Notes: generated by a model not told the origin, from the sequence alone. Shown: positions 49,451 to 61,352, counted from the whole stretch's first letter. The stretch is 63,807 nucleotides of DNA, filler included, from Octopus bimaculoides (GCF_001194135.2; 9 parts of 8 records of this genome joined end to end with filler, not necessarily neighbours in it); one strand, 5' to 3'. Numbers and translations are program-made.

Positions 49451-50720
49451 TTGCTTTCATTACTTGTTACTAGAGATTGAAAAGTGTTGACCTAATGCAT
49501 ACACATTTTCGGCAATATATAACGTGATGACTTGATTGCCGTTATGCTTTGTTTTCCTCGTCATTTTGTTTTGTTTGCATATATTTTTATCCGTTTGTAT
49601 TATTATTTTGTTTCCTTACTTTAGCTTATTGTGAATTCCACCCAAACCTCTACTTGCTTCCACAATCCTACAAGCAACTCTTCAAAACACCTCTTTCAAA
49701 CATAACACCGTCACAAAGTACATTTTTACATATGCATACATACATGCATACATGTATGCATGCATGCATGCATACATACAAACACACATATATATATATA
49801 TACAAACCTGTACATACATACATACTTACGTACTTACATTTTTGTTGCAGTTGAAATTTCAATGAAGAAGCCTTGGATTTAGGTTAGAAACAGGTTCTTT
49901 CGCTATTGACAAGAATTCTTGAAATAAAACCGAATAATCACATACATACATGCATGCATACATACATACATACATACATACATACATACATTCATACATA
50001 CATACATGCACATACACATGCGCACATATGACTAATATTCACCTACGGTAACAATCATATACACTCAGAATTTATCAGACTTATGTCTCCATAAAAATCC
50101 CTACACAGATATTCCTTCCTTAACACTCATCTATGTGAATACGTCCTCTCATCTAAAAGTGATATATAGACTCGTACAATTTTATACGTACGGCCACATA
50201 CATATAGACATGTATTTACAACTGCATGCAACACATAAGTTCATAAATACTCATACACATCGAGTAACATATTCATCGGCAGAAACATATATGCGAACAC
50301 ATATGCACGCGTGCGCGCATACACACACAAAAACACACACACATTCTCACAGACGCACACACACGCACGCACGCACGCACCCACGCACATGCGATGATAC
50401 AAAGACACTCAGTGATCACAGATTTTCTGACACCCTCCTTCATTCTGTATTGAAAACCATATTGTAATAAACTGCTATACGCCCCAGGATTTGGGGTAGA
50501 CGTGAAAGTTTCTCCTATTATTTGTTCACATTATTAACTGACAATGATCTGATATTCATGATTCATACCTCTCGCCCCACCCCTCATATTCTTATTAAAT
50601 AGTCATAATGGACATGCACAGATATACACGTAATCACACTCTTTTACAAGCATATTTTCACATACACATATGCACTCACCGATGGACTCATACCTATACC
50701 CATGCACATTCATGTGCACG

Positions 50721-50722
<2 letters not shown>

Positions 50723-50798
<76 letters not shown>
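50723..50798. repeat. (CA)n microsatellite
   Basis: Direct sequence. Confidence 0.95.
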
Positions 50799-50803
<5 letters not shown>

Positions 50804-51730
50804 ACGCACATACGCATACAGAAATCAGCTTATCCACCTTCATACTTTTAATGTATACATCATTCGTACCTGCAAATGTATATATATAGACACTTATGCG
50901 TGCATGTATGTGGTAGGTTTATAATGATGTATATCCATATGTACTACCACACTGATGCAAAAGCATGCACTGATACTTTCAAATGCGCGTAAATACACAC
51001 AAAAATATACGCTCCCATCACCAAACACATACATGCATTATCAGAGCAACATACTACAAGCGTTTAAACACCAATAGTAACACATACGTAGTCGCACACA
51101 TATGCACCATCATTCGCAGACATACATTCACACAGATACAACAGGGTTACATACATTGATGAGTTTACATCAACATCAATATTCATACTACATTGCACAT
51201 ACACAAACACATGCTTTCTCGTGTAAATATTCAGCATACATAGATGCATGGACATTCAAGACAGAAACACACATGCACTCATATACAACGCGCATGGATG
51301 AGCGAACATATATAAACACACAGACATGCAAAACACGCATACACTTACACATTGAGGCTTATAAACATGTATGCATGCATCTATGCACTCCTGCATGCAT
51401 GCATACACGCTGGCACATGCAGAAAAATCAAGTTTAACATTCAACGAAGCGTATTTAGGAAATGAACACATACTTTCGTTTCTTTGCTCCCTACATTCAT
51501 ATTGCTTATCAAATGCCAATGTTTGAAGCCATTCTCACACCCATTCTTCTATACACTGGGTTTAAGCTTCTATTGCTTTGATCGCCAATTCCTGTTTCTC
51601 AAGTTACACCTAAAATTTAAGACTTTGTTTTGTTCTAGAAAAGAAGTTTTGTAGGTATTAACATTACTGAACTGAAATTCGGAACAGGAAAATACGGTTG
51701 TTTTCAAAAATCCACAGGAAAAATCAGATC

Positions 51731-51799
51731 TATGTATGTATGTATGTATGTATGTATGTATGTATGTATGTATGTATGTATGTATGTATATATGTATGC

Positions 51800-51890
<91 letters not shown>

Positions 51891-52020
51891 CATGTGTGTA
51901 TGTATGCTTGTATGTATGCATGTGTTTATGTATATATACAAGTATGTATATATGTATATATGTATGCATGTATGTATGTATGTATGCATGTATGTATGTA
52001 TGTGTATATATGTATGTATA
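51731..52020. repeat. (TATG)n/(TA)n compound microsatellite
   Basis: Direct sequence. Confidence 0.95.
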
Positions 52021-52541
52021 TGTTCAATCATGTATTCATTTATGATCATAATTATTATGAGGTTGCTGTTGATGTTATTATTATTAAAAATCTAAGAGAA
52101 TAGTAAACCAAAAGGTACAGTCATATTATCGATCAAACTAAGCAACGTGACCTACTATTGCATCGACTTTAAGCGTCGTCGATTTAAAAGACTAACCGAA
52201 AAACGTGCGGTAAAGAGTTTACAGCACAACGCAATCTACGAAACTCTACGATCCCAATTTAATTGACTTCAGGTTGAATAGCCCATCCCGTTCAAAAGGT
52301 CCGTATATAAGGGTTGTTTAAAGATATTGAAAGAAACATCCATGTTACTAAAGTAGAAATATCGAAACTACAAAAAATTCCTTTCCACTTATGAATATGA
52401 TGTTCCTCCACTACTTCTGCTAATGCTCATAGGTGCTCATATCGTTAGCCACTAAGAGGCGTGTTCAACTGACATTCAAACAACCGACATGCAAATCTGC
52501 GGTATTGAGCAGAATATTTGCTATTATTATTGTTGTTGTTG

Positions 52542-52708
<167 letters not shown>

Positions 52709-52946
52709 NNNNNNNNNNNNNNNNNNNNNNNNNNNNNNNNNNNNNNNNNNNNTTAATTAATTAANNNNNNNNNNNNNNNNNNNNNNNNNNNNNNNNNNNN
52801 NNNNNNNNGTGTGTGCATGGACCTGTTTACATGTGTGTGTATGGGTGTTGGTTGTGGTTGCTACAATTGTATTGTAAGTGTATATATGCGCATGTGTTTT
52901 TTCTTGAAATGTATGTGGGTTTGTGCTCTGGTGTGGAGATACTGTG

Positions 52947-52977
<31 letters not shown>

Positions 52978-53177
52978 AAGTGTGTTCGTGTCGGAGGTTT
53001 GCATTGTATTGGTGTGTGTGTGATTTTGCGTATCCTTCGTCGTTAAGTTGTTTCGATGTTGGCAAATGAGTGTGTTTAATTTGGTCATTGTTCTTGTTTG
53101 TTGGTAGTTGACTACTCTTTCATAGTACGTAGTGTCTTGTAAGAGTTGAGATACAGAGTTATATATATATATATATA

Positions 53178-53219
<42 letters not shown>

Positions 53220-53535
53220 NNNNNNNNNNNNNNNNNNNNNNNNNNNNNNNNNNNNNNNNNNNNNNNNNNNNNNNNNNNNNNNNNNNNNNNNNNNNNNNNN
53301 NNNNNNNNNNNNNNNNNNNNNNNNNNNNNNNNNNNNNNNNNNNNNNNNNNNNNNNNNNNNNNNNNNNNNNNNNNNNNNNNNNNNNNNNNNNNNNNNNNNN
53401 NNNNNNNNNNNNNNNNNNNNNNNNNNNNNNNNNNNNNNNNNNNNNNNNNNNNNNNNNNNNNNNNNNNNNNNNNNNNNNNNNNNNNNNNNNNNNNNNNNNN
53501 NNNNNNNNNNNNNNNNNNNNNNNNNNNNNNNNNNN

Positions 53536-53815
53536 CCCCCCAACATCGCTTGACAACCGATGGTGGTGTGTTTACGTCCTTGTAACTTAGCGGTTCGGCA
53601 AAAGAGATACCGATAGAATAAGTACTAGGCTTCCAAAGAATAAGTCCTGGGGTAGATTTGCTCGACTAAAGGCGGTGCTCCAGCATGGCCGCAGCCAAAA
53701 TGACTGAAACAAGTAAAAGAGTAAAAGAGAGTATCGGTTACGACCGACAACTCCAACCCTTCAAGACGGTGCCCCTGCATGGCCGCAGTCCAATCACTGA
53801 ATCAAGTAAAAAAAA
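53536..53815 (+). mobile_element. SINE group C 3' half plus a second partial tail
   Basis: ccccaacatcgcttgacaaccgatg..ggcggtgctccagcatggccgcag..gactgaaacaagtaaaagag; second ggtgcccctgcatggccgcagtccaatcactga at 53768-53800. Confidence 0.85.
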
Positions 53816-53831
53816 ACATTAAAATAAATGC

Positions 53832-54294
53832 ATGACTGAGCAAACCGTCTCTTTCATTGAAAAGAGCGACAGAAATCTGTCGATCACGTCACATTTGAAT
53901 ATGACTGCAGATATGAAGGCTTCGGTTCTAATAACTCTGCAACACTTCGAGGATTATGAGGTGGAAGACGAATTATTTAAACAGCTTTTGAGTCGCCTCA
54001 GAGCTTCTTTTCAAATTGTCTTCCAGAATGATATTGCACAGAATCCAGACATAAAGGAAGATATTACTGGTATCGTCGCAGTAAGCAAGAAGTGCTACGT
54101 TACAGACCAGCTTTTAACAACTCTGCCAAGCGTGAGAGTGATTGCAAGTTTTGGAGTAGGAGTGGACCATATCGATCTAAAAAGTGCTAAAGAAAAAGGA
54201 ATACGAGTTGGAAACACGAGATACGTTATTTCCGACAGTACAGCAGACCTTGCCATTACTTTAATATTAACATCGACCCGGAAAATATTGACTA
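53832..54294 (+). CDS. 5' coding exon of a D-isomer-specific 2-hydroxyacid dehydrogenase (glyoxylate/hydroxypyruvate reductase-like); start uncertain (53832, 53901 or 53913)
   Basis: LLTTLPSVRVIASFGVGVDHIDLKSAKEKGIRVGNTRYVISDSTADLAITLILTSTRKI is the family substrate-binding-domain signature (GVGxDHID, GIxVxNT, ADLA). Phase-1 donor A|GTAAGT at 54295. The NAD-binding GxGxxG exon was not found in the window. Confidence 0.88.
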
Positions 54295-54618
54295 GTAAGT
54301 GGTTTTATTATTCAGGGTAGGTAATTCTAAACAAGGAGAATTATATCCTCTAGATGAATTCTGTTTTTATTTTCTCCACCACAGCGCACTTGTTAATTTC
54401 TGCAACTGAGTTACTTCGTTAATTTCTTTCAATCTGTGCGATATAAACATAATTGAGGTTAACTTGAATAGGCATTCATATAAAATCTCGACTATGTTCT
54501 ACTACTGAAGAGAAAAAAATGTTGATTGTTAAACACCAAAAATTATCCAGATATTGTTAGCAACCTCAGTTACAATCAGATCTAAACTGAGGAAAAATTT
54601 CTTGATATAAAATTACCT

Positions 54619-54683
54619 TTCTATATTTAAGAGATGAGCAATTATGTACATTATGTTAACACAACGTTTCGGCTGATGTACCC
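54619..54683 (-). mobile_element. Inverted, internally deleted tail of the hammerhead-bearing repeat
   Basis: Reverse complement gggtacatcagccgaaacgttgtgttaa-cataatgtacataattgctcatctcttaaatatagaa matches 790-817 joined to about 885-922. Confidence 0.8.
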
Positions 54684-54685
54684 AC

Positions 54686-54912
54686 GGGCATATGGCGTAG
54701 TGGTTAAGAGCGCGGGCTACTAATCCCAAGATTCCGAGTTCGATTCCAAGCAGTGACTTGAACAATAACAATAATGATGATAATAATAATGATAATAATA
54801 ACATCGAAAAATACCTTAGGAATGAGATCCCAGGTTCGAAATTTCCCCAAGACACCTGATGAAGGCTGGAGGGTATATCAGCTGAAACGTTGTGTTAGCA
54901 ACAAACGATGTA
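54686..54912 (+). mobile_element. tRNA-headed SINE-like element with hammerhead tail
   Basis: A-box TGGCGTAGTGG (54693-54703), B-box GAGTTCGATTCC (54736-54747), (AAT)n spacer, then hammerhead 54851-54896. Confidence 0.8.
54851..54896 (+). ncRNA. Minimal type I hammerhead ribozyme motif, core intact
   Basis: Stem I GACAC/GTGTT, CTGATGA at 54856-54862 plus A, stem II GGCTG/CAGCT, GAAA at 54884-54887, palindromic ACGT, GTT triplet ending 54891. Confidence 0.72.
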
Positions 54913-55495
54913 TTTTAAATATATTCACCCTAATTTTTCTCTTCATAATCATTTAGGTTAATTATAAAATTGATTAATATGCTGCATACTTAATAATATT
55001 TAATAACTACTAATAATATATTCATACTTATATTTTTATAATCACATTCACAATTACTTTTATTTGATGCTTAAGTATGCTTTGGATATATATGTCTTAT
55101 TACTATATTTTATTCTTTATTTTTATTTTCATTTTTATAATAAATTCTCTAAATATACGCTTTGCCCCATATTCTTTCTATAAAACAATTATCATTTAGC
55201 GGATTTGCTCCGTACACTCGAATGTAAATAATATATAAAATTACCTGTCACCTGAATATCTGTCCGACTCACTCAACATCAACAACAACAGTTATGCTGA
55301 CCGATTTTTATTCCTAAATAAAATGTAACAATACAAAACGATGATGTAATACTTGCAATGCAAGTGTTTCAAATAGGTGGTGAGAAAATAATTAACCCCG
55401 TTGTTAATTTTGCTCCACATCCCTATAATCAGCATAATAACAGAAGATACATCTTCTCCGATATGAGAACAGTGATTCCTAGCTATAATATATTA

Positions 55496-55522
55496 CTAGC
55501 TGGACCCGTGAAAAATTCACGG
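55496..55522 (-). mobile_element. Helitron 3' terminus
   Basis: Minus strand: CCGTGAA-ttt-TTCACGG hairpin, then gtccag CTAG|T. Confidence 0.55.
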
Positions 55523-55594
55523 AAAACATAAAAAAAATGTAAGCATCTGTAAACAGTGTACTGGTACCAGGAGAAATGTTTGCATATTATGACT

Positions 55595-55745
55595 GTCTAT
55601 CTTTACGTTCTGAGTTTAAATTCTGCCGAGGTCGACTTTACCTTTCGTCCTTTCGAAGTCGATGAATTAATTACCAGTTGTGTACTGGGTCGATCTAATC
55701 AACTGGCCCCCTCCCCACAAACATTTCAGGCCTAGAAAAGTATAT
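55595..55745 (+). mobile_element. SINE group B fragment
   Basis: ctttacgttctgagtttaaattctgccgaggtcgactttacctttcgtcctttcgaagtcgatg. Confidence 0.85.
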
Positions 55746-55919
55746 TGTGACAGTTACAGAATATAGAAAGTAACGTAACACCAATGACTAAATAATCCAA
55801 CCAAAATATCTCAGCTACACAAACGTAAACGGAATTACTATTTAACCTTAAAATACATCATACATATTCAAAGAACCTTCTTGGTTTAGTGGTACGGAAT
55901 GTTATTCTGGTATTCTTTT

Positions 55920-56090
55920 ATTCTTTTACTTATTTCAGTCATTTGACGGTGGCCAATGCTGGAGCGCCGCCCTTCAGTCGAAGAAATTGACCCCTGGCCT
56001 TATTCCCTGTAAGTCTGGTGTTTATTCTATCAGTCTCTTCTACAAACGCACCAACATCGGTTGTCAAGCAATGGTGGTGGGACAAACAAC
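55920..56090 (-). mobile_element. SINE group C tail
   Basis: ttacttatttcagtcatttgacggtggccaatgctggagcgccgcc..accaacatcggttgtcaagc. Confidence 0.75.
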
Positions 56091-56525
56091 AGGGCTAAAG
56101 GCAAAATACAGAAAAAAGTGTAAAAAAGTGTAAAAAGGCCATAAGAGTAAAACACGTCTATATGCGCACATTCTCGCATGCACACACACAGACACACACA
56201 CACACACACACATCTATATACGCACGTACACGCACACACGCACACATCCACAAGCATGCACAAAAGGTTCCATGTACACATCTATATACGCACAGGATAA
56301 AAGCAGGGTGGAAGATAGAATACAGAAAAACTGTGTGAAAAATACATAAAACAATATCTCTGAAAATATGTAAAAAAATATAAAAAATACATAAGAAATA
56401 TAAGTAAAAAGTATAGGGAGATATACATTATTATTAGGAAGTTAAAGAAGTGATTTGAATTTAACATATGAGAGCGTCTCATAAAGCGAGATTTATATAT
56501 CTTAATTTGCAGAGGAATTTGTAGT

Positions 56526-56601
56526 GGGTAGTTTAGCTTAATCGGTCAAAGCATCGTGACATGTAATCACGGGGATGTGAGTTCGAGTCCACAGCTAGCC
56601 A
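56526..56601 (+). pseudogene. tRNA-like sequence (anticodon TGT, Thr-like), probably a pseudogene or repeat-borne
   Basis: D stem GCTT/AAGC, anticodon stem CGTGA/TCACG with loop CATGTAA, GTTCGAGTC T-loop. It has A at position 33, an extra base before the anticodon stem, a 1-nt T-stem deletion and an acceptor mismatch. Confidence 0.6.
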
Positions 56602-56947
56602 CCTACACTTTTCTCTGCAAAATAGGGATAGTTTATCCTGTTCTGGCTATATCATTAGCATTATTCTGCGATTGAGAATTTAAAATCACTTCTTTAACTG
56701 TCTAAAAGACATCTCAACGGTTCTAAAAAGCAAACTTCGTTTGTTTATTTACGTTTGTCGTAATTTGAATTTAACATTATTATTATTATTATTTTTTTTT
56801 TGCGAATGTGTGGGTGAGCATGTGTGTGCTTCAAATGAGGGTGGATGAGAATATATGGGAGAATTTACGAAAAAAAACAACAGACGAAAACAGGTGGTGT
56901 AAACAACAAATGGTTGTATTAGTTTAACGCTCGGGAATAGAGAAAGT

Positions 56948-56983
56948 CTTTGACGTTTCGAGCCTACGCTCTTCAGCAGAAAG
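56948..56983 (-). ncRNA. Degenerate minimal hammerhead (A6>C)
   Basis: Minus strand CTTT-CTGCTGA-A-GAGC gtag GCTC-GAAA-CGTC-AAAG. Confidence 0.5.
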
Positions 56984-57901
56984 GAACACAGAAAGAAACA
57001 AGGAGAGAAACAAGGAGAAAAAAAACTATAAATGTAGTGGTCGAGTATATCTATATATATAGGCGCATGTACGTAGGTGTGCAGGCACACATGTGTATGT
57101 ATGGACTGGTGCGCTTACGCGAATACTATGGGCATTTTTACTCCCTTACCTTTACTCCCTCCCCTCACTTAGTAGTCATTCTAATAGCTCTTTTGCATTA
57201 ATAACCACACAGTAATTTCCCTTTGTTTAACGGTCATTTTCATAGCATTCTTCGATGGTCAGATAATTGAAGAGATGACGGCGTGGGTTTCCGCCTCGAC
57301 ATCCGAAACTCGGAGTTTTATCATGGCTACCGAATAATTGTCACATATTATTTACAGATATATATATATATATATATATANNNNNNNNNNNNNNNNNNNN
57401 NNNNNNNNNNNNNNNNNNNNNNNNTTAATTAATTAANNNNNNNNNNNNNNNNNNNNNNNNNNNNNNNNNNNNNNNNNNNNTATATATATATATATATATG
57501 TATATATATAGTCATAAATGACAGAAGTGGTTTGATGGAATTTTATTTAACAATAAGAAAATTCTAATATCACGACGAATTGTTTCGTGACTTAAAAACA
57601 TGTAAATAATTTGTGTCATTATATTTAATAAATAATAAATTACATGTCTGCGTTAATGCAAAATGCAAAAAACTATTCAAAATAATGCAGGATACCGGAT
57701 TGCTTGAACCCATATATTGTGACTTAAATATATTTGTACATGGTATATGAAACTAAGAGGAGATCTGATACAATAGTCATTCTACATACCATACTTAATA
57801 TATATACATACTGTTGATATGTCAGATACTGCAGTATTTGTCCCAAGATATCATCTCTTATGGACTTGCTGTGTGAAAAATGCAATAAATATCAGAAACA
57901 G

Positions 57902-57946
57902 ATGAAATTTCGTCCCATGAAATTTCGTCCCATGAAATTTCGTCCC
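57902..57946. repeat. 15-bp tandem ATGAAATTTCGTCCC x3
   Basis: Direct sequence. Confidence 0.95.
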
Positions 57947-58684
57947 GTGACATGATTCAATATCACTGCAGCGATAGAGGAATTCGGGTCACTCAACGGG
58001 GAATCATTTACCGGCAGATATTCTCAGGCTAAGCCGAGGTTTTATACAAACAAAATGACCGAGAGGCTAAAATGTTGGTATGACAATTTCTAGTGCGTAT
58101 GTTGAAATATACAATAGGAATTTCTACACTGCGTTTTAATCAACTAATCGGGTATAGTACCAAATCTCAAAGTGTTCTCTACAGCAAATAGGCATTCTAT
58201 TAAAGTCTGTGTATTTCTCATCAGCAAATTTAGATGGCTATTCGGTGGAACTTAACGCCAGACATTAAAATAATTGTATTCGAAAGCTGAGGTGAAAATG
58301 TTGGGGCCATTGATTTATACAGTATGAAGTAATGTGCGCTGGATAGAGGTAATGTGTGCAGTATGGGGTAATGTACGCTGGCATGGATCAGTGAGTTCTT
58401 GAAAACAATAGTAGGATCCCAGCCACTGCGTTCCAATTATCTGTTTGTAAATTCCATTTTCAAATGCTTCCCTTGAGTTGTCAATTCTCTTCGGAAGTTC
58501 GTCATATGCTACAACTCACGTTTCACAATACATACATATATACATTGATACATGTATACATCTTTACATATATATGTTACATATAGATGTATGTATACCA
58601 ATTTATCTATCTATGTAGCTGTATATAGAGAGATATACACATACATACATACATGCATACATACATATATAATAAATTATATAC

Positions 58685-58715
<31 letters not shown>

Positions 58716-59159
58716 CATACATACATACATACATACATACATACAGACAGACAGACAGACATATATATATATAATAATAATAATAATATAGATTTAATCA
58801 AAAGATTAAATGTGGTACTTAAAATGTTTGAGGCACCAGAATTTGGTAGGGTAAAAACCAAAAACAAAATCAAGAGATTTGGTGAATAAAATTTGAAGAA
58901 AAGCAACAGAAATTCAATAGGTTATAGCAGTACGTACGTTTCGTACAAACTTCATTTATTCATGTAGTGAGAACACTACATAAAATGTGCAATGAAAATG
59001 TACTCCTCAGCTGCATAATGGAATTACATTTTAGAAAGTTATTTTGTAGATGTGTGCAAAAACAAGAGTAGGAGAAGAAGAAAATACCATCTTGACTGGG
59101 CTGCCATTCAACAGTCTAGACTGTTAGTGAACGCTGGGAGAAATATTTTTTTCGAAAAG

Positions 59160-59400
59160 AGAAAAGATAGAAGAGAGAGAAAAAGAACGTCCAGCCCTTT
59201 GAACATCCTTGTCCTGTTTTCCATTTTTTCTCCCCTTATTTACGTATTTAACTCGTTTGTCTACGTATTTCATGTTGTTTACACAACTGGTAACGTCCTG
59301 TATCCTATATGCATATATATATACATATATATATATACACACGCATATATGGGTACAGGACGTCACCAGCTGTGCAAACAACATTTGGTACTTTGGAGTC
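59160..59400. mobile_element. Two inverted copies of the fold-back family end around (TA)n
   Basis: 59272-59312 vs reverse complement of 59343-59384 (gcatatatgggtacaggacgtcaccagctgtgcaaacaacat). Confidence 0.75.
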
Positions 59401-59491
59401 ACGCGTTTGATGCCAGCGACATATATATATATATAACAACACAAAATTAGCTCTTTACAAATCATTTGTCTTACCATCCCTGTTGTAGTCT

Positions 59492-59842
59492 TCTGAAGCA
59501 TGGACGTGTTATGAAAGACATTTCAAATTGTTAGAACAATTCCACCAAAAGTGCCTTCATCGCATTTTAAACATTGAATGGAGTTCTTCTACTTTAAACA
59601 CAGATGTCCATGAAAAATGAATCTCCACCAACCATTCTGCCTATATGTCTGTGCACCATGTATACCGCAAGGTCTGCAAATCTAACGGCGGCCTCAAAAG
59701 ACATTTTAAGATCCACAAAGATCAGAACTTAACTGCAGCCTTCGGTGGTCCAAATCGGATATGCAATCTATGTGGAAGTCTTTTCAATAAGTTGTCTGGT
59801 TTAAAAAGCCACATCAGACGCCATGATGGATCTAAGGTGTAG
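59492..59842 (+). pseudogene. RTE-clade LINE 3' remnant: post-RT motif followed by two C2H2-like fingers
   Basis: SEAWTCYERHFKLLEQFHQKCLHRILNIEW (59492-59580) matches the RTE motif ETWTLY..LE.FH.RCLR.IL.I.W. Then RKVCKSNGGLKRHFKIH and CNLCGSLFNKLSGLKSHIRRH. Confidence 0.7.
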
Positions 59843-59885
59843 GTACAGAAGGTGGTCAGACTCTGCATAAGGAGTAGGCAACCAC

Positions 59886-59917
<32 letters not shown>

Positions 59918-60122
59918 CACACATTTAAAAAATCTTTTACTTGATTCAGTCACTAGACTGCGGTCATGCTGGGGCACCAGTACTTTATTTNNNNNNNNNN
60001 NNNNNNNNNNNNNNNNNNNNNNNNNNNNNNNNNNTTAATTAATTAANNNNNNNNNNNNNNNNNNNNNNNNNNNNNNNNNNNNNNNNNNNNGCATATACTC
60101 ATTTACTATTTGTTTTTATATA

Positions 60123-60158
<36 letters not shown>

Positions 60159-60174
60159 TGTATTATGTATATAT

Positions 60175-60545
60175 AAGTAGGCGTGGCTCCGTAGTAAGAA
60201 ATTTTGCTTCCCAACAACATAGCTCCGGATTCAGTCCACTGTGTGGAACCTTGGAGAAGTGTCTTCTACTATAGCCATGAGCCGACCAAAGACTTGTGAG
60301 TGGATTTGGCAGACAGAAAGTGAAAGAAACCTGTCATGCGTGTGTGTGTATACGTGTGTGTATATGCTTGCGTGTGTATGTGTGTGCATACATATATGTG
60401 TATGCTTATGTTTGTGTATGTATGCATGTTTGCGTATGCTTGTGTGCGTGTGCGTGTGTGTGTTTGTGTGTGTATCTTCGTTTCTTTGTCCCTCACCTCA
60501 AAAGTACCAAGCTTTAAAAAGTATTGGGATAAATTCGTTCGACTA
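60175..60545 (+). mobile_element. SINE group C
   Basis: gtaggcgtggctccgtagtaagaa head, accttggagaagtgtcttctactatagcc, gtgagtggatttggcagacagaaagtgaaag. Confidence 0.8.
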
Positions 60546-61260
60546 AAAGTTCTTTTATTTAACGACGAAAAATAAAAGATAAATTCGTGTATATGAAATA
60601 TATAGATGTACAGGTATATAGATATATTTGTATATACGTATGCACTTATGTGTATATGTGCACATATGCGGGCAAGCACACGTGTACATACATAAACACA
60701 CAAACACACATATATTGTGAGGAACTGACACATCTATAACAATATATTTGCATGCAGAGGTAGATATATTTATGTACACACATATATATACCATATATTC
60801 ATTCATTTTATAGGCACACACTTTCATACAAAATAAACGCACGCTCACACACACACACACACATGCACACACACACACACACACACACACACAATGTAAA
60901 CTGACATAGACTTTGACAAATTTACCAAAAGCTAAAGAACTAAAAGCAAACAAGCATATACACATGCAAATACATATCTAAATGAATACGTACATTGTCG
61001 CACGTTCACATTTATATATTAATGTATATATTACATGTATACGTCTGTGTATTTGTATGTATGCGTACACGTATGTTGTTTTGTTTATGTGTTTGTGAGC
61101 GTGTGTTTCTGTGTTATTTCCTTTTCCATTGTCAACGCCGAAGCATTTTTGAATGCACATAGAATAGAAAATGCGCATGCGCCAAAGTGAAACATCTAAT
61201 GCTCAAGTTAAAACAACGACATAGATATGTATGTGTATGTATGTGTGCATNNNNNNNNNN

Positions 61261-61301
<41 letters not shown>

Positions 61302-61318
61302 AATACAGAAAGAGATGA

Positions 61319-61352
<34 letters not shown>

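Noticed and set aside
58230-58436. Candidate exon 2 of the dehydrogenase
   Set aside because: Wrong strand for the listed ORF, and no GxGxxG motif seen on the plus strand.
59645-59842. Host C2H2 zinc-finger gene
   Set aside because: First finger is damaged, there are no TGEKP linkers, and it follows an RTE fragment.
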